Origin: Polyangiales bacterium
Lineage (GTDB): Bacteria > Myxococcota_A > Polyangia > Polyangiales > Houyiibacteriaceae
DNA length: 64,000 nucleotides
Direction of reading: 5' to 3'
Assembly: GCA_045106895.1 (NCBI GenBank)
Contig: JBGCFM010000024.1
Coordinates: 64,001 to 128,000 of the forward strand
Part shown: piece after piece, positions 17,644 through 27,563 of the stretch
Numbering within the stretch: the first letter of the stretch is position 1
Layout: each line of letters starts with the position of its first letter
Position numbers and translations under genes: made by a program
The notes under the pieces: generated by a model
Told to the model about the DNA's origin: nothing
The model's database searches: none
Seen by the model: only the letters and a program-made list of their open reading frames with translations

Positions 17644-18591
17644 ATGCCGCGCCTCGCTCTCATCCCCCTCGTCCTTCTTGGCGCATGCGCGACCGGTGAA
17701 ACGCTCCCGGCGATCGCCGTAGAGCACAACACGGCGGGCGCGGAATCTCTCGCCGCCGGGGAACTCGATGATGCCGAAGCGCGCTTTCGTCTCGCCCTCG
17801 AATACCAGCCAGGCTTTGCCGAGAGCCGCGCCAACCTTGGCCTCGTCGCATTTCAGCGCGACCAGCTCGATGACGCCGAGGGTCATCTCCGCGCGGCGAT
17901 TCGCCTCGACGCCAACTTCGACGAAGCCTGGTCAAACCTTGGCCTCGTGCTCGCGGCGAAGGGCCAGCTCCATGATGCGAAGCGCGCGTTTGAGACGGCC
18001 CTCGCGATCGATCCAGGGCTCGTAGCGGCACGGCGCAACCTCGCCGACCTCAACATGCGCGCGTCGAACTACGTCGAAGCGCGGGCACATCTAATGCGAC
18101 TCGTACAGATCGTGGAGGCTTCCACGACGGACGGTGCGCGTGCGTCGGCGATGCTCGCCTATTGCGAGCTGCGCTTGGGCCGAGAAGACGAAGCTCTTTT
18201 TCGCGCCGAGATCGTATTGAACGTGCGCCCCGACGAGCCATTGGCGCGGCTTGTTCGGGGCATCGCCCGGGCAGCATCCAGAGACTTTGAGGGCGCCGCG
18301 GAGGACTACATCATCGCCGCCAGCGACGGCCAGCTGCGGCGGGATGTGCAGATTCGCCAAGGAGCGCTCTTTCTCGCCTGGAGGCGGCCGGAGGAGGCGG
18401 CGCCGATTATCGAGGAACTCCTAAATGATGGTGAGGATCCGGCCGTTTCCTTGCTAGCGGCGCATCTCGCGCGCGCTGAAAACAACCCCAATGCCGCCCT
18501 TGAACACGCTGATGCCGCCCTTCTGGCCGCGCCTGGCCTGCCGGCCGCCCTCGAAGTCGCTTCATGGGCCCGCAGCGAACTTGATCGCTGA
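17644..18591 (+). CDS. TPR lipoprotein
   Basis: LGAC lipobox; TPR units (AESRANLG, EAWSNLG, ARRNLA). Confidence 0.8.
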   Translation: MPRLALIPLVLLGACATGETLPAIAVEHNTAGAESLAAGELDDAEARFRLALEYQPGFAESRANLGLVAFQRDQLDDAEGHLRAAIRLDANFDEAWSNLGLVLAAKGQLHDAKRAFETALAIDPGLVAARRNLADLNMRASNYVEARAHLMRLVQIVEASTTDGARASAMLAYCELRLGREDEALFRAEIVLNVRPDEPLARLVRGIARAASRDFEGAAEDYIIAASDGQLRRDVQIRQGALFLAWRRPEEAAPIIEELLNDGEDPAVSLLAAHLARAENNPNAALEHADAALLAAPGLPAALEVASWARSELDR

Positions 18592-18642
18592 GCATCCTCC
18601 TAAGTACCCTCCCGGCGGGGCCGTCCGCCTCACTGGAGTACC

Positions 18643-20181
18643 GTGAACGGAATCTTACGCAGCAAGTTTGTTTGGCCCGGCTTCCTCGTCGCCGTCATCG
18701 CAATGACCGTTGCCTGCTTTATCGAGGACCAAATCGGAGGCCCCGTCTTCGCGGGTCTCGGAGCGATCATCGGCATGCTTCTTTTGGTCGCGGGAATCCC
18801 CGACCAAGAGGACAAGGTCGTCGCCCTCAAGGGAGACCTTGAAGGCGCGCATCAATCGGTGGCGGCAAAGAGCGAGCGCCTTGAGATCATTCGTGATGGC
18901 GTTCGTGATGCTGCCGGTCAGATCAAGAACGTCGCGATGCATCTATCGTCGGGCCTTGGCGAACAGAAAGAAGCCGCGGATCGAACCGCGGGTTCGATGA
19001 CGGAGATCACCAACTCCCTCCAGAGCATCGCCCATCACGTGGAAGCCTTGGCCTCCAGTGCGGAAGAGAGCTCCTCGAGCATCCTCGAGATGACCGCGAC
19101 CAATGACGAGGTGGCCGAGAACATGGCCAACCTCGCGTCCAGTGTTCGCGAGACGGTCTCGTCCATTGAAGAGATGGCCTATTCCATCAAAGAGGTCGCC
19201 CGGAATGTCGACGCGCTCTCTCTGACGGCGGAGGAAACCTCCTCCTCCATGAATGAGATGGACGTCTCCATCGACCAGGTTCAGTCCAACGCCAACGAGA
19301 CGGCGCGCCTCTCCGAAGAGGTGGCCACCGACGCCGAGCGCGGCGCGGACGCGATCTTGAAGATCATCGTCGAGATCAACCGAATCAAAGAAACGTCCAG
19401 CGAGGCTGTGGCCGTTATCTCCAACCTTGGTTCACGAATCGAGGCCATTGGCGACATCCTGAACGTCATCGACGATGTCGCTGAGCAGACCAATCTCCTC
19501 GCCCTCAATGCCGCCATCATCGCGGCTCAGGCCGGCGAGCACGGCAAGGGCTTCGCCGTTGTCGCCGACGAGATCAAAGACTTGGCCGAACGAGCGGGTG
19601 CTTCGACGAAGGAGATCGCCGAGCTCATCAAGACGATTCAGCAAGAGTCGAAGAACGCCATCGCGGCTGTGGAGCGTGGCGCGAGCACCGTCGACAGCGG
19701 TGTGACGGTTTCCGCGGAAGCCGAGGAGGCTCTGAAGAAGATTCTCGAGTCCTCTCAGAAGTCCACGGGAATGGTCCGGGCCATCGCTCGAGCGACGGTG
19801 GAGCAGGCGAAGGGCTCCAAGCAGGTCACGGACGCCATCGGCCGTATCGCCGAGACGGTCCAGCAGATCGCCGCCGCCACGGCTGAGCAGGCCCGCGGGT
19901 CCGAGCTCATCATGAAGAGCGCCGAGAAGATGCGCCTCATTACCCAGCACGTTGAGCGCTCGAGCCAGGAACAGGCCCGCGGCGGTCGTCAGATCAGCCA
20001 GTCCATCGAGAATATCTCGAATATGGTCGACCAGCTGCACCAGTCGCATCGCGCGCAGGTGAAGGGTTCCGAGGACACCATCGACGCGGCTCGCCGAATT
20101 CAGGAGCTGACGGCAGCTTCGGAAGAACGCGTAGAAACCGTCGGGAACGTCGCCCAGCAGCTTCAGACCCTGTCTGACTGA
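18643..20181 (+). CDS. Methyl-accepting chemotaxis protein
   Basis: [36 protein letters not shown] signalling tip; two N-terminal TMs. Confidence 0.92.
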   Translation: MNGILRSKFVWPGFLVAVIAMTVACFIEDQIGGPVFAGLGAIIGMLLLVAGIPDQEDKVVALKGDLEGAHQSVAAKSERLEIIRDGVRDAAGQIKNVAMHLSSGLGEQKEAADRTAGSMTEITNSLQSIAHHVEALASSAEESSSSILEMTATNDEVAENMANLASSVRETVSSIEEMAYSIKEVARNVDALSLTAEETSSSMNEMDVSIDQVQSNANETARLSEEVATDAERGADAILKIIVEINRIKETSSEAVAVISNLGSRIEAIGDILNVIDDVAEQTNLLALNAAIIAAQAGEHGKGFAVVADEIKDLAERAGASTKEIAELIKTIQQESKNAIAAVERGASTVDSGVTVSAEAEEALKKILESSQKSTGMVRAIARATVEQAKGSKQVTDAIGRIAETVQQIAAATAEQARGSELIMKSAEKMRLITQHVERSSQEQARGGRQISQSIENISNMVDQLHQSHRAQVKGSEDTIDAARRIQELTAASEERVETVGNVAQQLQTLSD

Positions 20182-20277
20182 GCCTCAAGACACACCAAGG
20201 TAGCTTTGCCGCTCTGAGGGCCTTATGGTTGCGTGCCTTCAGGTGCCACGACGGCTCAAGAGGCATAATCAGCGCCC

Positions 20278-21237
20278 ATGTTTGGAATCGGTTCAGGTGA
20301 GATGTTGGTGTTTGCGGTGGTCGTTCTGATCGCCCTTGGGCCGAAGCGTCTCCCGGATTTCATGCGAACGGTGGGCAAGGGCCTCCGAGAGATTCGAAAA
20401 GCCACCACGGATCTGCGAAAGCACTCGGGCATCGATGAGCTGATGCGTGACGATCCGGCTGGGCTTCGTGCGTTGAGCCGGGACATCTCCCGCGACCCGG
20501 CGCCGCGTCGCGAACAGAAGCTCAGCGCTCACGACTTGGCGAAGGAGTCCCCGGTGGAGGGCGTCGATATCGCGCATGCGCATTACCTCGCCAAGAAGAA
20601 CGCCGCCGCCGCCGCCAAAGAAGCCGCGGTCGCGCGAAACGCCCAGGAGCAGGAACGAGTCAGCGTCGGCGCCACCTTCGCCATCGAAGCGAAGCCTGGT
20701 ACCGAAGCTGCCACGCCGCCCACGGGCTTCGAGGGAGACACGGTTCCGGACAAGCCCGCGGTGAGTCCAAAAGTCCGCCACGAGCCGACCATGCTCGGCA
20801 TCCCAGCTGTGGATCCCTACGCGCTTCCCGCGACGAAGCCCGCACCCAAGGCGAGCGCGCCTCCTCCTCCTCCTCCTCCTCCTCCTCCTCCACGCAGCGC
20901 CGCTCCAAAGAGCGTCCGTCCCAGCGCTCCGCCGAGCCCAAGCGCGCGTCCCAGCGCTCCGCCGAGTCCCAGTGTGCGTCCCAGCGCTCCACCGAGCCCC
21001 AGCGCGCGTCCGAGCGCACGTCCGAGCGCACCACCCCCGGTTCCAGCGGCTCTCCGAAGTGCGCCGCCGCCACCGCCGGCGATCGGTCCGAGCAGCGTCC
21101 TTGACGGAAAACGAGCGTCTTTGCCGCCTTCCCCCTCTTTGACGCCTTCCGTGCCGCCTCCCGCGGACAAGCCAAACGCCCGCGAGTCGACGATGGCGAT
21201 TGAAGTCGAAGATCTCACGCTGGACGACGAGACATGA
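20278..21237 (+). CDS. tatB: Tat translocase TatA/B subunit with long Pro-rich tail
   Basis: MFGIGSGE...LGPKRLP; directly upstream of tatC. Confidence 0.8.
   Translation: MFGIGSGEMLVFAVVVLIALGPKRLPDFMRTVGKGLREIRKATTDLRKHSGIDELMRDDPAGLRALSRDISRDPAPRREQKLSAHDLAKESPVEGVDIAHAHYLAKKNAAAAAKEAAVARNAQEQERVSVGATFAIEAKPGTEAATPPTGFEGDTVPDKPAVSPKVRHEPTMLGIPAVDPYALPATKPAPKASAPPPPPPPPPPPRSAAPKSVRPSAPPSPSARPSAPPSPSVRPSAPPSPSARPSARPSAPPPVPAALRSAPPPPPAIGPSSVLDGKRASLPPSPSLTPSVPPPADKPNARESTMAIEVEDLTLDDET
20860..21030 (+). repeat. (CCT)10 triplet run plus about three 30-bp tandem repeats (S[AV]RPSAPPSP)
   Basis: Read directly in the sequence, inside tatB. Confidence 0.85.
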
Positions 21238-22022
21238 GCGAAGAGGCCACGGTTCCTGAAGACGACGTCGAGATGGGCTTCTTCGAACATATCGGAGAGC
21301 TTCGAACCCGACTTGTTCACGCCATCTACGGCATCCTTCCGGCAGCCGCGCTCTGCTTCGTCTTCGTCGAGGAGCTCTTCGCGTGGATTCGTAAGCCCCT
21401 CACGGACGCCTACATCGCGCGCGGCATGGAAGACGCGCCGATTCACTTTTCGAATCTGACGGACCCCTTCGTCGCGCAAATTAAGATCGCCCTCGTGTGT
21501 GGCGTTCTCCTCGCCTCCCCTTGGGTCTTCTATCAAGTGTGGGCGTTCATCGCGCCGGGTCTGTATCGCAAGGAGAAGCTCCTCGCGATCCCCTTCATTG
21601 TGTTCTCGACGCTCTGCTTCGCCGGCGGAGCGATCTTTGGGTACACCATCGTCTTTCCGCTGGCCTGTGATTTCCTCTTGAGCGTTGGCGAGGCCATGGA
21701 GGCCGAAGCGACGATCATGATCACGGATTACCTGGCTCTCACCACGCGACTGCTCTTGGCGTTTGGTGTGGTCTTTGAGATCCCCGTCGTCATCACCATC
21801 CTCAGCGTTATGGGCGTCGTCTCGTGGCGCGGCCTGCTGAAGTTCGGTCGCTGGTGGCTCTTGATATCCACGCTGGTCGCGGCGTTTTTGACTCCGCCGG
21901 ACGTGGGCACACAGCTTTTGATGCTCATCCCGCTCGTCGGTCTCTACTTCATGAGCGTCGGCATCGCGTTCATCATCGATTGGCGCCGCAACAAGAAGAA
22001 AAAGAAGAACGGGGAAGCATGA
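21234..22022 (+). CDS. tatC: Tat translocase TatC
   Basis: EHIGELRTRL, YQVWAFIAPGLY, FGVVFEIP, LTPPD. Confidence 0.95.
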   Translation: MSEEATVPEDDVEMGFFEHIGELRTRLVHAIYGILPAAALCFVFVEELFAWIRKPLTDAYIARGMEDAPIHFSNLTDPFVAQIKIALVCGVLLASPWVFYQVWAFIAPGLYRKEKLLAIPFIVFSTLCFAGGAIFGYTIVFPLACDFLLSVGEAMEAEATIMITDYLALTTRLLLAFGVVFEIPVVITILSVMGVVSWRGLLKFGRWWLLISTLVAAFLTPPDVGTQLLMLIPLVGLYFMSVGIAFIIDWRRNKKKKKNGEA

Positions 22023-22843
22023 GCATGTTTCGAGCGGGGCTCTTTGACGGTGAGTCCGTCATCATCACCGGAGGCGGAACGGGCATTGGCAAGGCCGTCG
22101 CCGCCGAGCTCATCACCCTCGGCGCGAATGTCGCGATCACCGGGCGTCGCATCGAAAAGCTAGAAGCCGCCGCCGCCGAACTCGCTACCCTTCGAGAAGG
22201 CGCCAAGGTTCATTTCGCGGCCTGCGATATTCGAAGCGTTGAAGCCATCGAGGAGTTCGTGAAGGGCACACAAGTTGCCCTTGGTCGCGTCGACATTCTC
22301 ATCAACAACGCCGGCGGGCAGTTTCCTTCGCCGGCGCAGCACATCTCGCCCAAAGGGTTCGAGGCTGTGGTCCGAAACAATCTCCTCGGCACCTGGCAGA
22401 TGACGCATGCCGTCGCCAACGAGTGTTTCATCCCGCAGAAGCGCGGCCGCATCGTGAACATCACCGCCGAGGTGAGTCGGGGTTTCCCGGGCATGGCGCA
22501 CACCGGCGCGGCGCGTGCGGGAGTGAACAATCTCTCTATGAGCTTGGCCGTCGAGTGGAGTCAGCACGGCATCCGCGTCAACGCCGTCGCTCCCGGTGTC
22601 ATCAAGACCAGCGGCACGAAACAATATCCCCCAAGCCTCCTGGAGAACGCCATCAAGGCATGCCCGATGAAGCGTCTGGGAACGGCGCGAGAGGTGGCGC
22701 ACCTCGTCGTGTATCTCGCTTCTCCGCAAGCGGACTATGTCACGGGCCAGACCTTTACCATCGATGGCGGTTCGAGCCTGTGGGGCGACAGCTGGCCTGT
22801 AGGCGATGTCCCTCAGTTTCCGCCTTACGAGCACGAAGATTAG
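22019..22843 (+). CDS. SDR oxidoreductase (trans-2-enoyl/2,4-dienoyl-CoA reductase-like)
   Basis: TGGGTGIG, NNAGGQF, HTGAARAG, NAVAPG; ATGA overlap with tatC. Confidence 0.88.
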   Translation: MSMFRAGLFDGESVIITGGGTGIGKAVAAELITLGANVAITGRRIEKLEAAAAELATLREGAKVHFAACDIRSVEAIEEFVKGTQVALGRVDILINNAGGQFPSPAQHISPKGFEAVVRNNLLGTWQMTHAVANECFIPQKRGRIVNITAEVSRGFPGMAHTGAARAGVNNLSMSLAVEWSQHGIRVNAVAPGVIKTSGTKQYPPSLLENAIKACPMKRLGTAREVAHLVVYLASPQADYVTGQTFTIDGGSSLWGDSWPVGDVPQFPPYEHED

Positions 22844-22896
22844 CCTCCCATGCGATTGCGGCGTGCGTGGCGCCGGAAATCGTGAATGCTGCTGAC

Positions 22897-23193
22897 GTGG
22901 CAACGAAGAAGAAGGCCAAGAAGCCAAAGAAACGACCCGACCCGTCCAACGAAGAGTTGCCCGGCGCAGGTACAGAGCATGGCGCGACGCTCCAGCTCGC
23001 TCACGACGCTTTCATCGATGGCAACTACGCACAAGTTCGCGTGCTCACCGACAAGCTAGAGAAGGCGCCGGACGAGATCGCTCAAGCGGCTGCTGAATTG
23101 CGGCGCCGCGTGAGTGCAGATCCTGCTCAGATCGCCGTTCTTGCTTCGTGCGTCCTCTTCTTCCTCTTCATCGTCTGGAAATACGTTCTATGA
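22897..23193 (+). CDS. Small hypothetical protein with C-terminal TM helix
   Basis: Lys-rich start, hydrophobic C-terminus, ATGA overlap with next gene; start uncertain. Confidence 0.55.
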   Translation: MATKKKAKKPKKRPDPSNEELPGAGTEHGATLQLAHDAFIDGNYAQVRVLTDKLEKAPDEIAQAAAELRRRVSADPAQIAVLASCVLFFLFIVWKYVL

Positions 23194-23765
23194 AAGCCCT
23201 GTCTTTCTTCGCCCTTGTCCTCGTCGCGGCCCTTGGCGGATGTGGCGCGGCCCAAGGTGGCGGCGTTTCCCAGGCGCTCACCGCGCATGATCTTTACCCC
23301 ATGGAAATGGGCGGCGTGTGGTCCTTCGATTTGGACACGGGTTTTGGTCCACCCGTTCTCGGCGTGATGCGCGTGGAGAGCGTCGACGGAATACAGGTGA
23401 CCGTTCGCAACAACGGCGACCAGGTCAGCACCTACGAGCGTCGACCCGAGGGCATCTTTCATCTTGAGAGCGACAGCTGGCTGCTGCGTGATCCCATCGC
23501 CGTGGGCGAAGGCTGGCCCTCCGCGGGCGGACGCCAAGCGCAGATTCGTTCCGTCGAGGCCAGCGCGAGCACGCCGGCAGGCGACTTCACGGGCTGTGTC
23601 GATGTCGAAGAGACAGGCGGCGAAGACGGCCGCGTGATCCACACCATCTACTGCATGGGCCACGGAATGGTGGAGCAGCGCGCTTCCATGACGATGGAGA
23701 CGACGGGCAGTGAAGCCGCGGTGAGCGTGAAGCTACGTGGCTACATGGTCACCGAAGAGTACTGA
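23190..23765 (+). CDS. Hypothetical lipoprotein
   Basis: LGGC lipobox; YPM...W and TPAGDFTGC motifs of beta-rich lipoproteins. Confidence 0.7.
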   Translation: MKALSFFALVLVAALGGCGAAQGGGVSQALTAHDLYPMEMGGVWSFDLDTGFGPPVLGVMRVESVDGIQVTVRNNGDQVSTYERRPEGIFHLESDSWLLRDPIAVGEGWPSAGGRQAQIRSVEASASTPAGDFTGCVDVEETGGEDGRVIHTIYCMGHGMVEQRASMTMETTGSEAAVSVKLRGYMVTEEY

Positions 23766-23794
23766 GCCCTCGCTTTTTCTTCGGAACGTTCGAC

Positions 23795-25729
23795 TTAGAA
23801 ACCGGGGTCGCGGGCGAGGCTGGGGCGCATCGTCGGCGCACTGAGGCGCGGACCTTCGCGTTCCATCACCGCAGCTTCGCGCACCGCTGTTTCTACAGCG
23901 CTCATCTGGCTCATCACCGTGCGCGGCTCGCGGCTCTCGCGGGCCACCGCGGGCGCAGCTTGTTCCATGGACGGCGTCTCCACTTCAGTCTCCGGCGGTG
24001 GAGCGATGGCTTCGCTGACCACGAGCAGGTCCAGAGGTGTCGCCGTCGCGAGGGAGCGCTCCCAGGTCTCAAAGCCGTCCGCACGCACCGTGATGGTGTG
24101 CTCGGCTCCGTCCCCAGGAAACGAGATCGTATCGCCTTCAATGGCGACGGGCTCGCCATCCACGCTCGCGCTGGCGCCGGAAGGAAGGCCGTGGAGTCGG
24201 AGAGCCACCGGTTCGGCGCTCTCCGCTTCTTCAGCGGGTTCTGGCTCGTCGGGCTCGAGCTCCCCCTCGGGCTCTTCTATGACTTCGCCAGGATCATCGA
24301 GGACAGCGGCGGTCGCGGGCTCCGCGCTGGGTCCGGGCTCTGGAGACCGGCTCATCAGAAAGAACCCCGCGGTGCCCAGTGCGGCGACGAGGCCAAGGAG
24401 AAGCCAAGCCTTACTTCCCCCTGCTTGCTCCGGCGCGGCGACCATTGGAGCCGGCTGCGGTCTCGACGGCATGGCCGTTGGTGTGACCTCCTCCATCATG
24501 TCACTGACGCTCAGGCGCATCTCGGGATCGACGGGGAGCTCCTCGGCGAGGGCGTCTGTCAGGCTGATACGCATCCCTGGGTCGGCGGGCGGTTCCGAGA
24601 AACGCTGACTGATCACGCGTCCCTCAGGAGCAGGGCGCGACGGAGCCATGTTCACCTGTTCCGGCGGAATGCTGGTGAGGTCGCCATCTTCATCTTCATC
24701 GTCCTCGTCCTCGTCCTCGTCGGCCAAGGCGATGCCGACGGGCATCAGAGACACGCGGCCCATCTCCATCTCGTCCAGCGACAGCTCGTCGAGCTCTTCC
24801 TCCTCGTCTGGCAGCAACGCGACGCCGACGGGGGGCGCCGAGAGTGGACGCATCGCGGCGGGCTTTGCTTTCGTTCGAAACCCCGTCGTGGCGCTCTCGA
24901 TCCCGTCTCGCGCGACCTTCGCGGCTTCCATCCAGGCCCGTCGCATCGCTGCGATATTGGCGTGTCGCTCCTGCGGTTCTTCGACCAGCGCGCGCTCGAT
25001 GACAGCAACGAGACCCGCGGGGAGCTTCGGTGCGTTCTCGCGAAGCGTCGAGCCGCCGTCCGGAAGCTCATCGGAGCAGATCAGATGCAGTAGGATTCCC
25101 GTCGCGTAGAGATCGGCGCTGTGTCCGCCCATCCCCCGTGCTTCTTCCGGCGCGCGGAAGGCGAGAGTCCTCGCAAGCCCCGACTCTTCGCGCCACTCCG
25201 GGTGCGACTGTCGAGCGAGGGTTCGGTTGAGCCCAAAACCAATGAGCTTCGGTGTTCCCTCCGGGGTCATCAGAACATTGCCGGGTTCCAAGTCGCCGTG
25301 AGTTACGCCGGCGCGGTGCGCTGCCTGCAGTCCATCGAGTAGCCCAGACGCGACGCGAATACGTTCCGCGCCACTGTGCTCACCGCTGAGCCAGTCATGG
25401 AGGCTCTCTCCGTCGACGTGCTCCATCGCTGCGAAGGGACGACCAGCACGCGTGCGTCCCACATTGAGCACGCGAACGACGTGGGGGTGATTTACTTTCT
25501 GCAGCAATCCCATGTCTCGGCGAAAGCGCGTGGCCGTTCGTTTCCGAAGGTCGGCGTCGCTCAGGTTCTCAAGGTCGAGGACCGCGACCGCCGCCGGCTT
25601 CCCTCCTTTGAGGGTCTCGGCCTGCCAAACCGCACCGGCGAGGTTCCTGCCGAGCGGGAGTTTTAGCGAATAGAGGTCCTCAAGTTGGGCGTGCATGCGC
25701 GTCCATTGTAGGATCGCTTGCGATGCCAC
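23795..25729 (-). CDS. Ser/Thr kinase-like protein (probable pseudokinase) with TM helix and PEGA domain
   Basis: Kinase fold (HPHVVRV, AMEHVDGESL, HGDLEPGNV, APEE) with altered VAIK/DFG; PSGASASVDG...RADGF PEGA; alternative start 25696. Confidence 0.8.
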   Translation of the reverse strand: MASQAILQWTRMHAQLEDLYSLKLPLGRNLAGAVWQAETLKGGKPAAVAVLDLENLSDADLRKRTATRFRRDMGLLQKVNHPHVVRVLNVGRTRAGRPFAAMEHVDGESLHDWLSGEHSGAERIRVASGLLDGLQAAHRAGVTHGDLEPGNVLMTPEGTPKLIGFGLNRTLARQSHPEWREESGLARTLAFRAPEEARGMGGHSADLYATGILLHLICSDELPDGGSTLRENAPKLPAGLVAVIERALVEEPQERHANIAAMRRAWMEAAKVARDGIESATTGFRTKAKPAAMRPLSAPPVGVALLPDEEEELDELSLDEMEMGRVSLMPVGIALADEDEDEDDEDEDGDLTSIPPEQVNMAPSRPAPEGRVISQRFSEPPADPGMRISLTDALAEELPVDPEMRLSVSDMMEEVTPTAMPSRPQPAPMVAAPEQAGGSKAWLLLGLVAALGTAGFFLMSRSPEPGPSAEPATAAVLDDPGEVIEEPEGELEPDEPEPAEEAESAEPVALRLHGLPSGASASVDGEPVAIEGDTISFPGDGAEHTITVRADGFETWERSLATATPLDLLVVSEAIAPPPETEVETPSMEQAAPAVARESREPRTVMSQMSAVETAVREAAVMEREGPRLSAPTMRPSLARDPGF

Positions 25730-26532
25730 GTCACTTTAGTGTCCCAATCATGCTTTTTGCCCTGTCTCTTGCTGGATCTTTGGCCCTTCCAGCGCTCGGA
25801 TCGGCGCAAACGGACCGCGAACTGTCGGAGGCACGAGGCTGGTTCACCGAAGGAATCGCCCATTCTGAGGCTGGGCGCTACGAGGAGGCGGTCACGGCTT
25901 TCCGCCGCGTGCTCGCCACCATCGACTCCCCACCAGTTCGCTACAACCTAGCGCTCAACCTCTATGAGCTCTCGCGGATTCGCGAGGCGGACGAACATGT
26001 GCAGTCCATCTTGGACAGCCAAGAGACCGACGCCGCCGTTCGCTCCGACGCCACCGACCTCCGTCTTCACATCGAAGAGGTCGGCGGCCGCGTGCGCATC
26101 GACGTCGTCGGCGTTCCCGAGGGGCTCTACGATGTTGAACTCGATGGTCAGCACCTCGCATCGCGCGACGTCGGTCGGAGTCTTCGCGTTCGCGTCGGCG
26201 CCCACAACATCGACGTGATTCGTAGCGGAGAGACCGTGGCGAGCGAGAGCGCCAACGTGGTCCAAGGGGAGACGGCGGTGGTGAGCGTCGACCTCAGCGT
26301 CCCGGACCCGGCCGAAGCCGCGGCAACGGTGGTGCCGCCGGTGGTGGAAGAGCCGCCTCCCGAAGAGTCCTCCTCAGTTCTTGGACGCTGGCAGTTCTGG
26401 GCCGTGACCGGCGCGGTGATCGTCGTCGCCGCCGCCGTCATCGCTAGCGTTGTGGTTCTCAGCAAGCCCACTGACACCTCCGATATGCCCACCGTCGGTA
26501 ACTTTGAACCCGGGCTGATCACCTTCCGATGA
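25723..26532 (+). CDS. Secreted TPR + PEGA-like protein with C-terminal anchor
   Basis: Signal peptide, ARGWFTEG...YNLA TPR, VELDG...GAHNIDV, RWQFW + TM. Confidence 0.75.
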   Translation: MPRHFSVPIMLFALSLAGSLALPALGSAQTDRELSEARGWFTEGIAHSEAGRYEEAVTAFRRVLATIDSPPVRYNLALNLYELSRIREADEHVQSILDSQETDAAVRSDATDLRLHIEEVGGRVRIDVVGVPEGLYDVELDGQHLASRDVGRSLRVRVGAHNIDVIRSGETVASESANVVQGETAVVSVDLSVPDPAEAAATVVPPVVEEPPPEESSSVLGRWQFWAVTGAVIVVAAAVIASVVVLSKPTDTSDMPTVGNFEPGLITFR

Positions 26533-27050
26533 AGTTTAGAATCATGAAGACGTCCACGTTCTGTTTTGCGCTGATGAGCGCTGTGTTGCTCTCATGCGCG
26601 CCGGACATCGAGCCCACGGAGGTGGTCTTGGTCATCGACAGCGACCTCGTCGCGCCAACGCAGGTAGACAGCCTGGACGTTGCCGTGTTCACCGCGGGGG
26701 GCGAAGAGATGAACTCCTTCGCGACGCTGGGCGTCGGCGACGTGCGTTTTCCGCGCACACTTGGTGTCCAGAACATCAACACGCGTCTCGAAGGCTATCG
26801 CGTCGAGGCACGCGCCCGATTCGGCGGCGCCATCGTGGTGACGCGAACGGCGACCTTCGACTTCGTCCGTGACCGATCCATGGAGCTGCGGCTCTTCTTG
26901 CCGGCGGCCTGCGAAGACGTTCGCTGCGAGGGCGGCCTGACCTGCACCGAGGGTGGCGTCTGCCGGAGCACGGACGTCGATCTTCAAGCGTGGACGGGCA
27001 GCCCGTCTGGCATTCAGGTGTCCCTCGACGCCGGCGCCGACTCCATGTGA
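26529..27050 (+). CDS. Hypothetical Cys-rich lipoprotein
   Basis: LLSC lipobox; TEVVLVIDSD; C-terminal Cys cluster. Confidence 0.7.
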   Translation: MKFRIMKTSTFCFALMSAVLLSCAPDIEPTEVVLVIDSDLVAPTQVDSLDVAVFTAGGEEMNSFATLGVGDVRFPRTLGVQNINTRLEGYRVEARARFGGAIVVTRTATFDFVRDRSMELRLFLPAACEDVRCEGGLTCTEGGVCRSTDVDLQAWTGSPSGIQVSLDAGADSM

Positions 27051-27054
27051 GCGC

Positions 27055-27561
27055 CTAGGGCGCAAAGTCGTACACGAAGGCTTCTACGCCGCGCGCGCCG
27101 AGCTGGCGCTGCACGATGGGGCCGACTCTGTCCCAGGTGCCACCGGCGAGGCCGCAGCCGATGCGAGGCATGTGTACCGACGCGCCACGTTCAAGGGCAA
27201 AGTCGCCCACGCTCGCGAGCGCTTCTTTCACCGCGCGGTAACGAATCGGCGGGCCGTCCTTTGTCGCTTTGATGGTGTGCTGCCCGACCATATTGGCGAC
27301 CCAGAGCTGCTCTTCCACCTCGACGAAGCGGACTGCCCCGAGGGCAAAGTCGTTCTTGTGACGTCCTTTGTACCAGGCGCGAAAGTCAGCCTCGGGCTGT
27401 CTCCAGCGTTTCGAGACGGCGACAACGAAGCCTGAGCCCCAGCCGCCAATGTCGTTGCAGATATGCGCGATGACGCGCGGGCCACTCCCCACGGGCGCCG
27501 TGGCGTCGCCGTTTAGCACCGTGAGCTTCGTGTTCTTGCTGGTCTTCGTTGCTTTGGCCAT
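27055..27561 (-). CDS. Macrodomain protein (Poa1/TARG1-like ADP-ribose-processing)
   Basis: GDAT, AHICNDIGGWGSGF, MPRIGCGLAGGTW. Confidence 0.88.
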   Translation of the reverse strand: MAKATKTSKNTKLTVLNGDATAPVGSGPRVIAHICNDIGGWGSGFVVAVSKRWRQPEADFRAWYKGRHKNDFALGAVRFVEVEEQLWVANMVGQHTIKATKDGPPIRYRAVKEALASVGDFALERGASVHMPRIGCGLAGGTWDRVGPIVQRQLGARGVEAFVYDFAP

Positions 27562-27563
27562 CG

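Noticed and set aside
20278..22022. tatBC as part of the radical SAM cluster
   Set aside because: About 40 kb away; housekeeping locus, so proximity is not evidence of linkage.
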